From positions 1-40,618 of IMG/VR virus record IMGVR_UViG_3300049060_000012: 40,618 bases of DNA; one strand, written 5' to 3'. The DNA comes from a virus (lineage: Duplodnaviria; Caudoviricetes). A program made the translations under genes and the position numbers. A model generated the notes under the pieces. The model had not been told where the DNA came from. It saw nothing but the letters and a program-made list of their open reading frames with translations, and did no database searches. Each line of letters starts with the position of its first letter. Within the stretch, counting starts at the first letter, position 1. Shown here in pieces: positions 14,794 to 23,675 of this stretch.

Positions 14794-15060
14794 CTAGAAC
14801 TCTAGATCCATGCCGAGCAGGTACTTCGTCCCATTCGCAGGTGGCCCGCCAGTGAAGGTGAACGTGATGGCGCCCAGCACCCCAAGCGCCGCGCTCACGC
14901 TGAGCCCGCCGCTGCAAACGACATTCTTGATGGCGGTGGGTAAGTTGCCCACGCCGATGCCGATCGCGAAGGGCTGCGTCAGCAGATTCGCGGCCAGAGT
15001 ATTGCTCGCGCCATCTCCCTCGAAGGTCAGGAAGGTGGCGACGTTGACTTTATTCGCCAT
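14794..15060 (-). CDS. Small beta-rich putative virion protein
   Basis: Tightly packed in the late operon; Gly/Ala/Thr-rich. Confidence 0.55.
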   Translation of the reverse strand: MANKVNVATFLTFEGDGASNTLAANLLTQPFAIGIGVGNLPTAIKNVVCSGGLSVSAALGVLGAITFTFTGGPPANGTKYLLGMDLEF

Positions 15061-15063
15061 GGC

Positions 15064-15783
15064 TCAGAATCCCTGCACCTCGCTGTGCTCGATGACAAAC
15101 GTCCAGCGCACCGTGCCCGTGGTCGGGCCGGCGACTGACTGGCGGATCGCGAAGCCCTCGTTGACGCCGAGTACCAGCGGATGAGCGGTCGGCTCCCACT
15201 TGAACAGGTCCTGCCAGACGCTGCCGACGCCGGCCGCAAGACCCGTGGCGCCCGTGGCGCCGATGTCGGGCGACACCTTGAGCGGCAGCGAGGCGTAACC
15301 GAAGCCAACGGAATCCAGCGTACGCGTACCCGCACCGAGCGCGGCCGTCGTCGCCATACGGAAGTCGGCGAACGATGAAATGCTCATGGCACTACGCAGC
15401 TTCGTCGGGATCACGACGCCGCCGCCGGTATCCGCCGAGGTGTAGCCCGTATAGCGGATCGCCTCCACATTCATCGGCGTTGCAACGGTCACCGCCGTCA
15501 GGACCTCGCACGCCGCCTGAATGCGCGTGATCACCGCCACCGGCGGCAACGGACCGGCCCAGCGACACGAGAACAGGATGCCGCCTGCGCCAATGCTCGC
15601 GGTCGCGCCGCTGATGCACACGGTCCGGTAATGCCCGAGCAGATTGCCGGCGGTGTCGGAGTGGTCGAGCGGGCTGATGCTGACGCGGCCCGAGCCCCGA
15701 AGCCGGTCTACCGCCAGACGCTCGCCGGGGGTGAGTCCGCCTGCGCCATCTGGACCGCCCAGAATTTCAACTTGCGATGCCAT
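15064..15783 (-). CDS. Beta-rich putative virion protein
   Basis: 239 aa, Gly/Ala/Thr-rich, operonic. Confidence 0.6.
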   Translation of the reverse strand: MASQVEILGGPDGAGGLTPGERLAVDRLRGSGRVSISPLDHSDTAGNLLGHYRTVCISGATASIGAGGILFSCRWAGPLPPVAVITRIQAACEVLTAVTVATPMNVEAIRYTGYTSADTGGGVVIPTKLRSAMSISSFADFRMATTAALGAGTRTLDSVGFGYASLPLKVSPDIGATGATGLAAGVGSVWQDLFKWEPTAHPLVLGVNEGFAIRQSVAGPTTGTVRWTFVIEHSEVQGF

Positions 15784-15784
15784 T

Positions 15785-16009
15785 TTAGAAACCTCGTAAG
15801 TGAGTCTTTATCTCGACCAGTGCGTCAAGAATTCGCTGCAGCAATTCGTTCGTGTCGCGCGCGCCTTCACCGCGCCACAGCCTCTCGCCCTCAGCACCGC
15901 CGATGTCGATCGACATGACCTGAATCTTCGCGAGATCATCGCGGGCCTTGTCGATCGTGCGGACGTTGTCCCCGCCCGCTGCCGCAGGGATGATGGTGTT
16001 GTCGCTCAT
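15785..16009 (-). CDS. Small putative appendage protein (MSDNTII...)
   Basis: ATG at 16009 coupled to the upstream stop; N-terminus resembles that of 16006..16476. Confidence 0.55.
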   Translation of the reverse strand: MSDNTIIPAAAGGDNVRTIDKARDDLAKIQVMSIDIGGAEGERLWRGEGARDTNELLQRILDALVEIKTHLRGF

Positions 16010-16476
16010 GCGAATCCCAGCCACAGAAAGATTTCGTTCGCGGCGACCGCTGTTGCGTCGGTATCGCTTGCGCCCGTGACGAGCGCGAAGCTGATGCCGT
16101 TTGGAAACGCAGCGCCCCCCGGAATCGGCAGCATGAAGCCTGCACCGGTCGCGCTCGCGGGGATCGGCAGTTTCGCGATCAGTAACGCGTTGTCGGTGGC
16201 CGGTGCAGGCGTCGTCGCCTTGTCGTACAGGTTCAGGTAGCGCACGGCCGCGTTGAGATTCACCGCGTATATCCAGCTGAGCGCACCGGCAGAAGCCTTG
16301 ACGACCGTGGCGTTCGTCGATGCAGCGGACGTCAACCGCGCGCTGGACCAGTTGTCTTGCGCGACGCTGTCGGGACCGACCGAGACCTTGAGACGCGGGT
16401 ACTGGATGCCGCCGATATCATCAGACGCGAAGGTGCTGCCGCCGCTGCCTGGATTGGCGACAAAATTGTCACTCAC
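16006..16476 (-). CDS. Putative appendage/decoration protein
   Basis: STNATVVKASAG...YLNLYDKATTP beta-sandwich-like domain; operonic. Confidence 0.6.
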   Translation of the reverse strand: MSDNFVANPGSGGSTFASDDIGGIQYPRLKVSVGPDSVAQDNWSSARLTSAASTNATVVKASAGALSWIYAVNLNAAVRYLNLYDKATTPAPATDNALLIAKLPIPASATGAGFMLPIPGGAAFPNGISFALVTGASDTDATAVAANEIFLWLGFA

Positions 16477-16479
16477 GGT

Positions 16480-16932
16480 CTATGCGAGCCGCAGCAGGCC
16501 AGTACTGGCATCGTTCGTCGGCATCGTCAACGTGAAGTTCCCGGCAGTCACCGTCTGCGACCCGAAGGTGTAAGCAGCCACCGCCTTGTCGCCCTGCGTC
16601 GAGTTGTACAGCAGCACGCAATCGAAGGCGGTTGCGAGCGTGACGTTAGTCCACGAAAACGAAGCCGAAGGCGATGAGAAAGCCGTCGTGCCGGTAGAAC
16701 TCGGCGCGACCCACGTGAACGTCACGCCGCCGGCGGTGTAGTTCGTGCCGGTCACCTCGCCCGTCGTCGAGTACACGGTCGTCGCAGCATTGATCGTCGC
16801 CGAGGCCAGAAACAGCGCGGCCTTGAATACGTCGGCGCCTGTGCCGGCGCGCACCACAGTCGTGCCGAAGGCGTGGATGCCGTTCAACACCTGCACCTTG
16901 AAGCTGGTCGCTACGGCCTGCGTATTCGCCAC
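16480..16932 (-). CDS. Thr/Ser-rich putative structural (fibre/decoration) protein
   Basis: TQAVATSFK, FKAALF, EVTGTNYTAGG, LLYNST motifs resembling a family common in environmental phages. Confidence 0.7.
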   Translation of the reverse strand: MANTQAVATSFKVQVLNGIHAFGTTVVRAGTGADVFKAALFLASATINAATTVYSTTGEVTGTNYTAGGVTFTWVAPSSTGTTAFSSPSASFSWTNVTLATAFDCVLLYNSTQGDKAVAAYTFGSQTVTAGNFTLTMPTNDASTGLLRLA

Positions 16933-16935
16933 GGT

Positions 16936-17124
16936 TTACACCTCGCCCTGTTCGCCCGTTACCGACAGCCCGCGCAGGATGTTGACGTGCACATCGCGGC
17001 GCACGAGCTCATCGCCCAAATACCACTCGGTCGCAGTCACGCGCGCGTTCTCCTCATCGGTCACGATGTCTTTCGTGGTGAGCAGTCCCCGCTCGAGCAG
17101 CCCGTGTGTCGTGTGAACCAACAT
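16936..17124 (-). CDS. 62-aa hypothetical protein (MLVHTTHG...)
   Basis: TGATG coupling at 17124; the ORF-track upstream extension overlaps the previous gene. Confidence 0.6.
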   Translation of the reverse strand: MLVHTTHGLLERGLLTTKDIVTDEENARVTATEWYLGDELVRRDVHVNILRGLSVTGEQGEV

Positions 17125-17834
17125 CAGCCCACCCCCATGAGTAGCAGGTTTTTCGGTGCGCCGCCCCCTGCTCCCGCCACCGGCACGCGCACCAGAAAGG
17201 CTACGTAGCCCGCAGTGGCGGCAGACAGGGTCAGCGTGCCGCTGATGTCGCCGGTCGCTCCAGCGCTGACGTTGTCGCGTGTGGCGACGGCGAGTTTCAC
17301 CCACAGTCCACCCTCACCGCCGACACCGGCCTCGATCCGCTCGGTGAAGTTGGTCGGCGGGTCGTGACCCACCACGACATTCGGGCCAGAGGTGACATCC
17401 GGTGCGGAAAACCACACCAAGTCATCGCCCTCCACCGCGGTCACGCCCGTCGCCGTCACCGTGATCGGGCTCGATGCCGCAGTGTTCACCACGTTCGAGG
17501 TCGAGGTCGGCGGGTCGGTCGTGTGCCGCCCGCGCAGGATCGTGACTTCGCAGATCCAGTCGCCGCTCGCGCCGAGATCGCCGAACGTGTACGAGCCGGA
17601 GTCCGCGCCGGTCAGTCGCTTCCACCCGAGCGCCGTCGACTGTCCCTCGGCCGTGCAGTTGACGTCGTGCAACTCGGTGAAGCCGGTCGGCCAGTCGCCC
17701 ACGGCGAAGTCAGCGGTCTGCGAGTCGATCGTGCACGCCAGGAGCGCGATGTCATCGGCGGCAACAGAGGCAGGCACGGCGACTGACGGCGTCGAGCTAT
17801 TGCCCGTGCCGTGCGCCGAGGCGAAGTGCGCCAT
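17124..17834 (-). CDS. Ser/Thr/Ala-rich beta-domain protein ending in LLLMGVG; first gene of the late operon
   Basis: 236 aa, two similar beta-rich halves; follows tR'. Confidence 0.65.
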   Translation of the reverse strand: MAHFASAHGTGNSSTPSVAVPASVAADDIALLACTIDSQTADFAVGDWPTGFTELHDVNCTAEGQSTALGWKRLTGADSGSYTFGDLGASGDWICEVTILRGRHTTDPPTSTSNVVNTAASSPITVTATGVTAVEGDDLVWFSAPDVTSGPNVVVGHDPPTNFTERIEAGVGGEGGLWVKLAVATRDNVSAGATGDISGTLTLSAATAGYVAFLVRVPVAGAGGGAPKNLLLMGVG

Positions 17835-17855
17835 CTGTGGGTGTCAGGGCTCCAG

Positions 17856-17886
17856 AAATGCAAAAGCCCGCACGAGTGGCGGGCTT
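17856..17886 (-). terminator. tR'-like intrinsic terminator before the late genes
   Basis: AAGCCCGC-7nt-GCGGGCTT stem followed by T-rich TTGCATTT. Confidence 0.75.
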
Positions 17887-17915
17887 CAGGGACACTGAGG
17901 GAGAATTGCTGATAA

Positions 17916-17944
17916 CTCTTACATGCTCGATTTCACGCCGTCAA
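17916..17944 (-). promoter_or_regulatory. pR'-like late promoter
   Basis: TTGACG (-35, overlapping the Q stop), 17-nt spacer, TAAGAG (imperfect -10), then the terminator; lambdoid arrangement. Confidence 0.5.
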
Positions 17945-18339
17945 GTGCCCAACTCCCGCGCTTCATACACCAGGCGCACCTTAGCCTCCCGCACTCGCCG
18001 CCTCAATTCTTGCTCGCTCACGCCCAGCACCACTGCTTTCTCCGCCGGCCCCCACCAACCGCCGCCCGGGTTCAGCTGCCACGCGTACCAGATCGTCACG
18101 GCGTTGGACTCGACGTCTGGTAGCGCCAGGATCTTGGCGTTGAGCCGCACGACGATCGTCGGGATATCCGGAATCGGGATGCGTGCCTGACCTGAGCCGC
18201 CGAAGATCGCGCGGTAGGTGGGATCACTCGTCGGGTAGCCGTTCCAATTGCGCAGTTGCTCGCACACCGCGCCCCACTGCGTGAGCATGGCGTGGATGCC
18301 GGCGAGCTGATATCGATCAGGTCGTAGCTGGGCGTTCAT
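17941..18339 (-). CDS. Q: Late-gene antiterminator, Q-like
   Basis: LTQWG N-terminus and C-terminal HTH-like KAVVLGVSEQELRRRV; followed by promoter and terminator. Confidence 0.7.
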   Translation of the reverse strand: MNAQLRPDRYQLAGIHAMLTQWGAVCEQLRNWNGYPTSDPTYRAIFGGSGQARIPIPDIPTIVVRLNAKILALPDVESNAVTIWYAWQLNPGGGWWGPAEKAVVLGVSEQELRRRVREAKVRLVYEARELGT

Positions 18340-18524
18340 AGATTCGGGGACATGTACTTGCCACGGAGTTGGTCGGCCTGCGCGAACAGCGATGCGGTTA
18401 TGCGGTTCAGCCCACTCATGGCTCCGCGATTTTCCTCAGGCAGAGCGTCGTGCAGACGGTACGTCTCGGTCTTGATCTGCTGCGCGATGTGGTAGAGCAG
18501 CACCGCCAATTGTTGGTCACTCAT
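18336..18524 (-). CDS. 62-aa hypothetical protein (MSDQQLAV...)
   Basis: GGAGG RBS before ATG 18524; ATGA overlap with Q. Confidence 0.6.
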   Translation of the reverse strand: MSDQQLAVLLYHIAQQIKTETYRLHDALPEENRGAMSGLNRITASLFAQADQLRGKYMSPNL

Positions 18525-18972
18525 CGATTCACCTCCGGGTCGGCTGCGCGCGGCGTGGCCCCGATAGCGGCCGGCGGTGTAGGTCGCCGGCACTTTGCGC
18601 CATGACCGCGCGCCCGACTGCGCCGGAGGGGAACTACCCTGCTTGTGGGGCAACTAGACCCGCACACAGGCCACATCCGCGCACCATCGGTTGCCGAGGT
18701 TCATTGCAGCGACCGCCATTGCAGCGCCGTCGCCCTGCGATCGATCACGCGCTGCACGCCGTCACGAAACTCATCGAGTTCGCGCGGTGTGAGCTTGCGG
18801 ATGTTCTGTCCGTTGACGTTCACGCATTCGCAGCCGCTGTACTTGTGCCGACGAGACGACGATGACTTGAGACCAGCGTAGTTCGAGGGGGGGCGTCAAA
18901 GACGGCTGCGCCGCCCACGACGATACGCGACGATCTCTTCGATCAGCGCTTGGATGTGCGTAGAAGCATCAC

Positions 18973-20064
18973 TCATGGCAGCTGCTTGCTCACGACGTTC
19001 GAGCTGACGCTCTCGACGCCGCTGGTCGCATATGCGCGCACTGCGAAATACCACGTGCCGGGCGCAAGCCCCGCCACCTCGTACTGCGTCGCCGCTGCAT
19101 TCGGCACCGTGATCTGCTGACTGAGCGCTGCAGTGCCGAGGCCGAACAGCACGCGATAGCCAGCGAGATTCGTCAGTGCCGTGCCGTCATCGTTCGTTGG
19201 CGGCGGCGTCCACTCGAGCCGAGCCGTGCCGAGTGGCGGCGGAGGTGGCGGCGGAGGTGGTGTCGAGGCCGGAATCGTGATCGTGAACACTGCCGAGTAC
19301 GGCCCGGCAGGCGGCGGCGTCCACGTGCGCACGCGGTAGCGGTACGTGATACCGGGCGGCAGGTTGTTGTTGCTGAAGCTCGCTACTGCGGTATCGGCGA
19401 GCCAGCCGAAGGTGCAGCCCGAGTTCGTGACAGTACAGCGCTCGACCTCGTAGGCCGTCGCACCGGTGACTGCCGTCCAGGTCAGCCGCACGTTCGAGTT
19501 CGCCGGGTTGGTCTGGTTTTGCGTCGCTACCCCCGTCAGGTTCTGTGGAGCTGCCGGCGGGGGCAATGGATCTGCCACGCATGCACCCGCCGGTGCGCTC
19601 AGCGGCGTCCATTCCGCGGCGGCGGTCCAGGTAGTCCCCACGCACGAAAACGTCTTGTGCTGCGTCCAGGAGCCGCTGGTGCCCGTTGGACACTGACCCG
19701 GCTGCGTCAGGTCGGCGGGCTGAGGCGGCGCGCACGTCGGCGGTGGAGGCGGCGGATCGGCCGATACGATGGCGACGTAGACCGGCGTCTGGCATTTCCA
19801 CGTTGCTGTGGTCGCCGCGCTCGTCGGGATGCGCGCCTGGCACGCCGCCCACGCAGCCTCCTGCGTCGCGCCGACACTCGCCGGTGACACGGTGGTCGTG
19901 CCTTTGACGAGGTTGACACGCCATTCGGCGGAGACGGCGGGATGCGCCACGGCCCACACGCCGATGTACAGCACGAGGCCGAGCAGTGGCCACAGCAAGC
20001 CCTGGAAGGCTTTGCGCGTGTCAGCGTCCAAGGCGTCGTCGATCTGGTGTTGCTCAGTCAACAT
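18973..20064 (-). CDS. Exported/membrane protein with Cys-rich segments, poly-Pro linkers and two fibronectin type III domains
   Basis: Hydrophobic N-terminal segment; VRLTWTAVTGATAYEVER...YRYRV and LEWTPP...LAGYRV...GLAPGTWYFAVRAY. Confidence 0.8.
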   Translation of the reverse strand: MLTEQHQIDDALDADTRKAFQGLLWPLLGLVLYIGVWAVAHPAVSAEWRVNLVKGTTTVSPASVGATQEAAWAACQARIPTSAATTATWKCQTPVYVAIVSADPPPPPPTCAPPQPADLTQPGQCPTGTSGSWTQHKTFSCVGTTWTAAAEWTPLSAPAGACVADPLPPPAAPQNLTGVATQNQTNPANSNVRLTWTAVTGATAYEVERCTVTNSGCTFGWLADTAVASFSNNNLPPGITYRYRVRTWTPPPAGPYSAVFTITIPASTPPPPPPPPPLGTARLEWTPPPTNDDGTALTNLAGYRVLFGLGTAALSQQITVPNAAATQYEVAGLAPGTWYFAVRAYATSGVESVSSNVVSKQLP

Positions 20065-20066
20065 GG

Positions 20067-20516
20067 TTAAACCTCGCGTATCTGAATCCCGTGCAGCGCC
20101 ATCATGAGCTTGCGTTTGATCGAGTACGCCGCGAGCTTGCGCGTGGGCGGCGACTTGCAGTCTTCGACAACGCGCGCTTCGCCCTCGATGTAATCGAAGT
20201 CGCAGACGTACTGGCAGACGAGAACGCCGTTAACGACCAGCGCGTAAGGAACCTGGCGGCGCAAAGATCGGATTTCACCCGCACGCTGTCGCAGCTCAAG
20301 AACCTGCCAGCGACGGAACTCCTTGGTCGAGTCATGAACCGCTCCGCTTGCGTCGGTCACCTTCACGTTGCGGTACTTCGGACGCTTCGCAGGAGACGCT
20401 ATCGGCGTCGGCCCCTGACCTACCCCTTGACTGGTCAACGATCGCGTCGCCTTGATCGGCCTGTTGAGTCTGGCGATGTACGCGTCCAGATCCTCGGTCG
20501 TCCAACGTGCGGTCAC
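20067..20516 (-). CDS. DUF1064-like PD-(D/E)xK nuclease (putative resolvase)
   Basis: KYRNVKV...HDSTKE...RRQVPY...YVCDF...VVEDCK. Confidence 0.8.
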   Translation of the reverse strand: MTARWTTEDLDAYIARLNRPIKATRSLTSQGVGQGPTPIASPAKRPKYRNVKVTDASGAVHDSTKEFRRWQVLELRQRAGEIRSLRRQVPYALVVNGVLVCQYVCDFDYIEGEARVVEDCKSPPTRKLAAYSIKRKLMMALHGIQIREV

Positions 20517-20597
20517 AGAAGTTCTCCAGTGCCTTGAGCTGCGCCCTCACCTTCGCCGGCCGCGGTGTCTTCCAGGCGTGGCCTCGGCGCCAGCGGC

Positions 20598-20879
20598 TCA
20601 TGGCTCTTCACCAGCGGCGCAGAAAGTGCCGTCGTCGCGATGTCGGCGCTTGGATTGACCAGCGACCTTGCACTCAACCGAGCAGTAGTCGTGCGGCATC
20701 GATGGCTGCGAGCGAAGTTTTGCGAACGCCTTCCCGCAGTGGTCGCACTGGAAGAAATCCTTGGCCGATGCCTGCCGGTTGAACGGATGCGACTTGAGTC
20801 TCACGTCAGCCCCTGGCACTGCGCGTAGTGGTCCATGGAGTTGCTGGCGGGCTGATCTGAGGGTCAGGCGTGTTACCAC
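20598..20879 (-). CDS. Zn-finger hypothetical protein
   Basis: CDHCGKAF...YCSVEC; start uncertain. Confidence 0.45.
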   Translation of the reverse strand: MVTRLTLRSARQQLHGPLRAVPGADVRLKSHPFNRQASAKDFFQCDHCGKAFAKLRSQPSMPHDYCSVECKVAGQSKRRHRDDGTFCAAGEEP

Positions 20880-21050
20880 GTAACCACCTCAAATCGATTT
20901 CCGTAACACCGGCTGATACTGGTATTTCCACTGTTTCCTCTTCACTATAACTTCCTCTGATAAGTCTCAGTAACAGTGGTAACAAGATAGGGAACTCAAA
21001 GTGTTACCACCTGTTACCACCTCTGTTACCACCAGAGTTGTAACCACCTT
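20870..21050. repeat. Iteron-like repeats GT(T/A)ACCAC, putative replication origin
   Basis: TGTTACCAC at 20871 and three tandem copies at 21002-21033, GTAACCACC at 20880 and 21040, inverted GTGGTAACA near 20976; AT-rich spacer; directly downstream of the helicase. Confidence 0.75.
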
Positions 21051-22315
21051 CACAGCAAACTCTCCTGTTTCTGAGGTCGCTTCCACACGCGCAGAGTGGT
21101 AACGCCTTGTCTCTCGACCTTGCGGACAAAGCCGAGTGATCGAAGGATGCTCGACACGCGCATCTGGGCACGCTTGTCCTGCCTGTCGGCTTCGATATCC
21201 AGACAGAACTCGAGGATGTCTGGCACGGTCGTACTGCTCTTGCCGTGCAGGTAGTTCTCTATGCGCGGCTGCCACACGTCGTCATCGCGCCGCTGTTCCT
21301 GCTCACGCTCGGCATCCCGCTGCGGCATCTCCCACCAGTCGGTTCCGGCCTGGAATCGTTGGACGGCTTCGGCGAACAGCTGCTCGCGATTGGCGCGGAT
21401 GAAGTCGAGATTGACCTCGCGAACTGCGACCGGCAGGAAGCGCCGCGCCCCGGTGTCGTCGGCCTGCCAGTCATCGCGATTGGTGGTGCCGGTGAAGACG
21501 CAGCGTCGCGGGTAATCGAGCGCTCTGCGGTCGTAGCTGCGGCGGAAGCGATCGACGCGGGTCGTCAATGCAGCCTTCAGGTGGTCGAGATCACGGCCGC
21601 GGAACCCCGATAGGTCGGCGACCTCGGCGAGCCATACGACACCGGTGATTGCTTCGAGCCACTCCTTGGAGCCGAACGGCTGCGTGATTGCGCGGTACCA
21701 CTGACCGCCGAGAATTTCGAGCGACGATGACTTGCGTAGGCCCTGTGCTCCTTCCAGCACCACCATAGTGTCAACCTGGCAGCCTGGCTTGAACGCCCTG
21801 GCGACCAGAGACACGAGCCAGCAACGCCCGATCGCAGCCGTGTAGTCGGTGCGATCGCAGCCGTATGCATCTGCGAGCCATGTAGGGATGCGTTCTGTGC
21901 CGTCCCAGGTGAGGCTGGACAGCCATTCGGTGAGCGGTGCGCGTGACTTGCTGCGCGCGTAGATGTCGACTCCTTGCCGCACCGGCTCTGCGCTCATGCG
22001 CGGGATCGCGTACTCGCTCTGCAGGTGCGCGAGCAGGTCCGTGTCATCGCTGTCGGACCACAGTCGGCCGTCGAACATCGTTGTCTTGGCGTCCACATCG
22101 AACCACAAAGCTGTACCAAAGCGCGGATCGGCGGCGAGGATGCGGCGCACGTTTTCGGCATTGCAGTACGGCTCTGACTGCTTGGTAAGCATTAGGCCGA
22201 GCTCCACCCATCGCAGGTATGGACCTTGCGTGACGAGCTTGCGCCGACGCACTTCGTCGAGCCGCGTGATGGCTCGGTCGGTTTTATCCATGTCCTCAGC
22301 CATCGCATAGTGCAA
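21050..22315 (-). CDS. VapE/VirE-family P-loop helicase (replication protein)
   Basis: WDGTERI, PGCQVD, Walker A EGAQGLRKSS, VFTGTTN, DDTGARRFLPV. Confidence 0.9.
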   Translation of the reverse strand: MHYAMAEDMDKTDRAITRLDEVRRRKLVTQGPYLRWVELGLMLTKQSEPYCNAENVRRILAADPRFGTALWFDVDAKTTMFDGRLWSDSDDTDLLAHLQSEYAIPRMSAEPVRQGVDIYARSKSRAPLTEWLSSLTWDGTERIPTWLADAYGCDRTDYTAAIGRCWLVSLVARAFKPGCQVDTMVVLEGAQGLRKSSSLEILGGQWYRAITQPFGSKEWLEAITGVVWLAEVADLSGFRGRDLDHLKAALTTRVDRFRRSYDRRALDYPRRCVFTGTTNRDDWQADDTGARRFLPVAVREVNLDFIRANREQLFAEAVQRFQAGTDWWEMPQRDAEREQEQRRDDDVWQPRIENYLHGKSSTTVPDILEFCLDIEADRQDKRAQMRVSSILRSLGFVRKVERQGVTTLRVWKRPQKQESLL

Positions 22316-22727
22316 GCGCGGTGGTTATTCGGTCGGCAGCGAGCGCGGCGCGCCGACATAGCTCTGGGTCTGTTCCTTGCGCGAAACAATCGCTCGCGAT
22401 CACGGCCAAAACGTTCGCCTCGCTGCGCATGGCACGCACGATGTCCAGACCCGTTACGCCATGGCGCATGGGACGCATCGGCTGGTGATCGCGATTCAGT
22501 GGCTCGGGGAACAGGTCGCTGACGCTCATGCCGACCGCCGCCAAGACGTCGCCAGCCTCGCACTGATGCGCGAAGCAGTGGATCAGGATGCGACCATCAT
22601 CCGCGTGCGTGACTGCCAGACTTCGACCATCGCCGTTGTGCGCCGGGCAGCGCGACATCCAGCTGTTCTTGCGCGAGCGCCGAACACCGTCAAGGCGTGA
22701 TAGGAGAACATCAATTGGCGCGCTCAT
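22296..22727 (-). CDS. Primase-type zinc-binding-domain protein (no catalytic domain seen)
   Basis: SRCPAH...SLAV...GRILIHCFA..C motif; ATG at 22727 is coupled to the upstream stop. Confidence 0.75.
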   Translation of the reverse strand: MSAPIDVLLSRLDGVRRSRKNSWMSRCPAHNGDGRSLAVTHADDGRILIHCFAHQCEAGDVLAAVGMSVSDLFPEPLNRDHQPMRPMRHGVTGLDIVRAMRSEANVLAVIASDCFAQGTDPELCRRAALAADRITTALALCDG

Positions 22728-22969
22728 GGGATGAATGCCTCCCATTGATCCACGACGTTGCGCCTGTATGCGGTGTCTGGCCTACCGCCCGAGTACGTCT
22801 GTATGAAACGAACCGTCGGATCGATCTGCTCGAAGAACGATGTACAGCCGCCCATATCGGTACAGCCGCCATCTTCGATGACTACCGTTCCGACCCTCTG
22901 CAGGAAGTCATAGCGGATCTCGGCGACGAAGCACTGCATATCCGGATGGAATGGCGCGCTCACACTCAT
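22724..22969 (-). CDS. 81-aa hypothetical protein (GGCTDMGGC motif)
   Basis: ATGA coupling at both ends. Confidence 0.6.
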   Translation of the reverse strand: MSVSAPFHPDMQCFVAEIRYDFLQRVGTVVIEDGGCTDMGGCTSFFEQIDPTVRFIQTYSGGRPDTAYRRNVVDQWEAFIP

Positions 22970-23196
22970 GCCAACCCCTGGGTTCTTTCCATGAACCGCC
23001 TTCGCTCCGGCGTCCGCTGATCGATGAGCCGGCACATCTCGCGCCAGTACTGCATTTTCAGCGTGCGATCCGGCGCCGCGCACATGCGCTCGCGAGCGGC
23101 TTCGATGGCGAGTTCGAGCTGTTCTTCGGCCGCCCTGAAAGTTTTGCAATCAGCTGGGCGAGCGAGGCCGCTGTCGGGCGGGTTTTGAGCGGTCAC
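22966..23196 (-). CDS. Hypothetical protein
   Basis: Coupled to both neighbours in the cro operon. Confidence 0.55.
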   Translation of the reverse strand: MTAQNPPDSGLARPADCKTFRAAEEQLELAIEAARERMCAAPDRTLKMQYWREMCRLIDQRTPERRRFMERTQGLA

Positions 23197-23444
23197 TTCT
23201 TGCCGCTCCGTTGCGTTCCGTCATCTTCCGTGGATCGTCCAGAGGACTCCGTCGCTGGCTCGTTGTCGTCGTCCTGGCCGAGCACTACCTTGGCGTCGTG
23301 GATCTGTTTTCGCACATATGCCGCAAGAACTTCGCGGACGAGATCCTGCAGCGTGATGCCGCGGGCACGTGCGATGCGTGTGAGTACTCGATGGTCCCGA
23401 GGGTCGCCGGCCAAGCGGCCGAAGTCTTTCAGCGGGACGCTCAC
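23193..23444 (-). CDS. Small DNA-binding protein in the CII position
   Basis: IARARGITLQDLVREVL (RHH/HTH-like); immediately after cro. Confidence 0.55.
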   Translation of the reverse strand: MSVPLKDFGRLAGDPRDHRVLTRIARARGITLQDLVREVLAAYVRKQIHDAKVVLGQDDDNEPATESSGRSTEDDGTQRSGKK

Positions 23445-23446
23445 TG

Positions 23447-23665
23447 CTACTGCACCGCCTCGTCGCCGATCTTGGCAACGAGGTAGTCATGCAGCTGCTG
23501 AACGATGATGACGCCCGGCTTGGGGATGGCGCCGCGGTGGAACTTGGCGAGCCAGCTTTCGTCGACGCCGGATTCCTCGCTGATCTGTTTCAGCGTAAGG
23601 ACGCCGCGGGCGCCAAGTAGTCGATGGGTTTTGTCTAGAAGCGGTTCACTTGGATTAGCGGCCAT
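23447..23665 (-). CDS. cro: Cro-like HTH protein
   Basis: TLKQISEESGVDESWLAKF...IPKPG; divergent from the repressor. Confidence 0.75.
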   Translation of the reverse strand: MAANPSEPLLDKTHRLLGARGVLTLKQISEESGVDESWLAKFHRGAIPKPGVIIVQQLHDYLVAKIGDEAVQ

Positions 23666-23675
23666 TCCTCCATTA

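Noticed and set aside
20870-21050. CRISPR array
   Set aside because: Repeats are 8-10 bp, irregularly spaced and partly inverted, with no spacers or cas genes; an origin fits better
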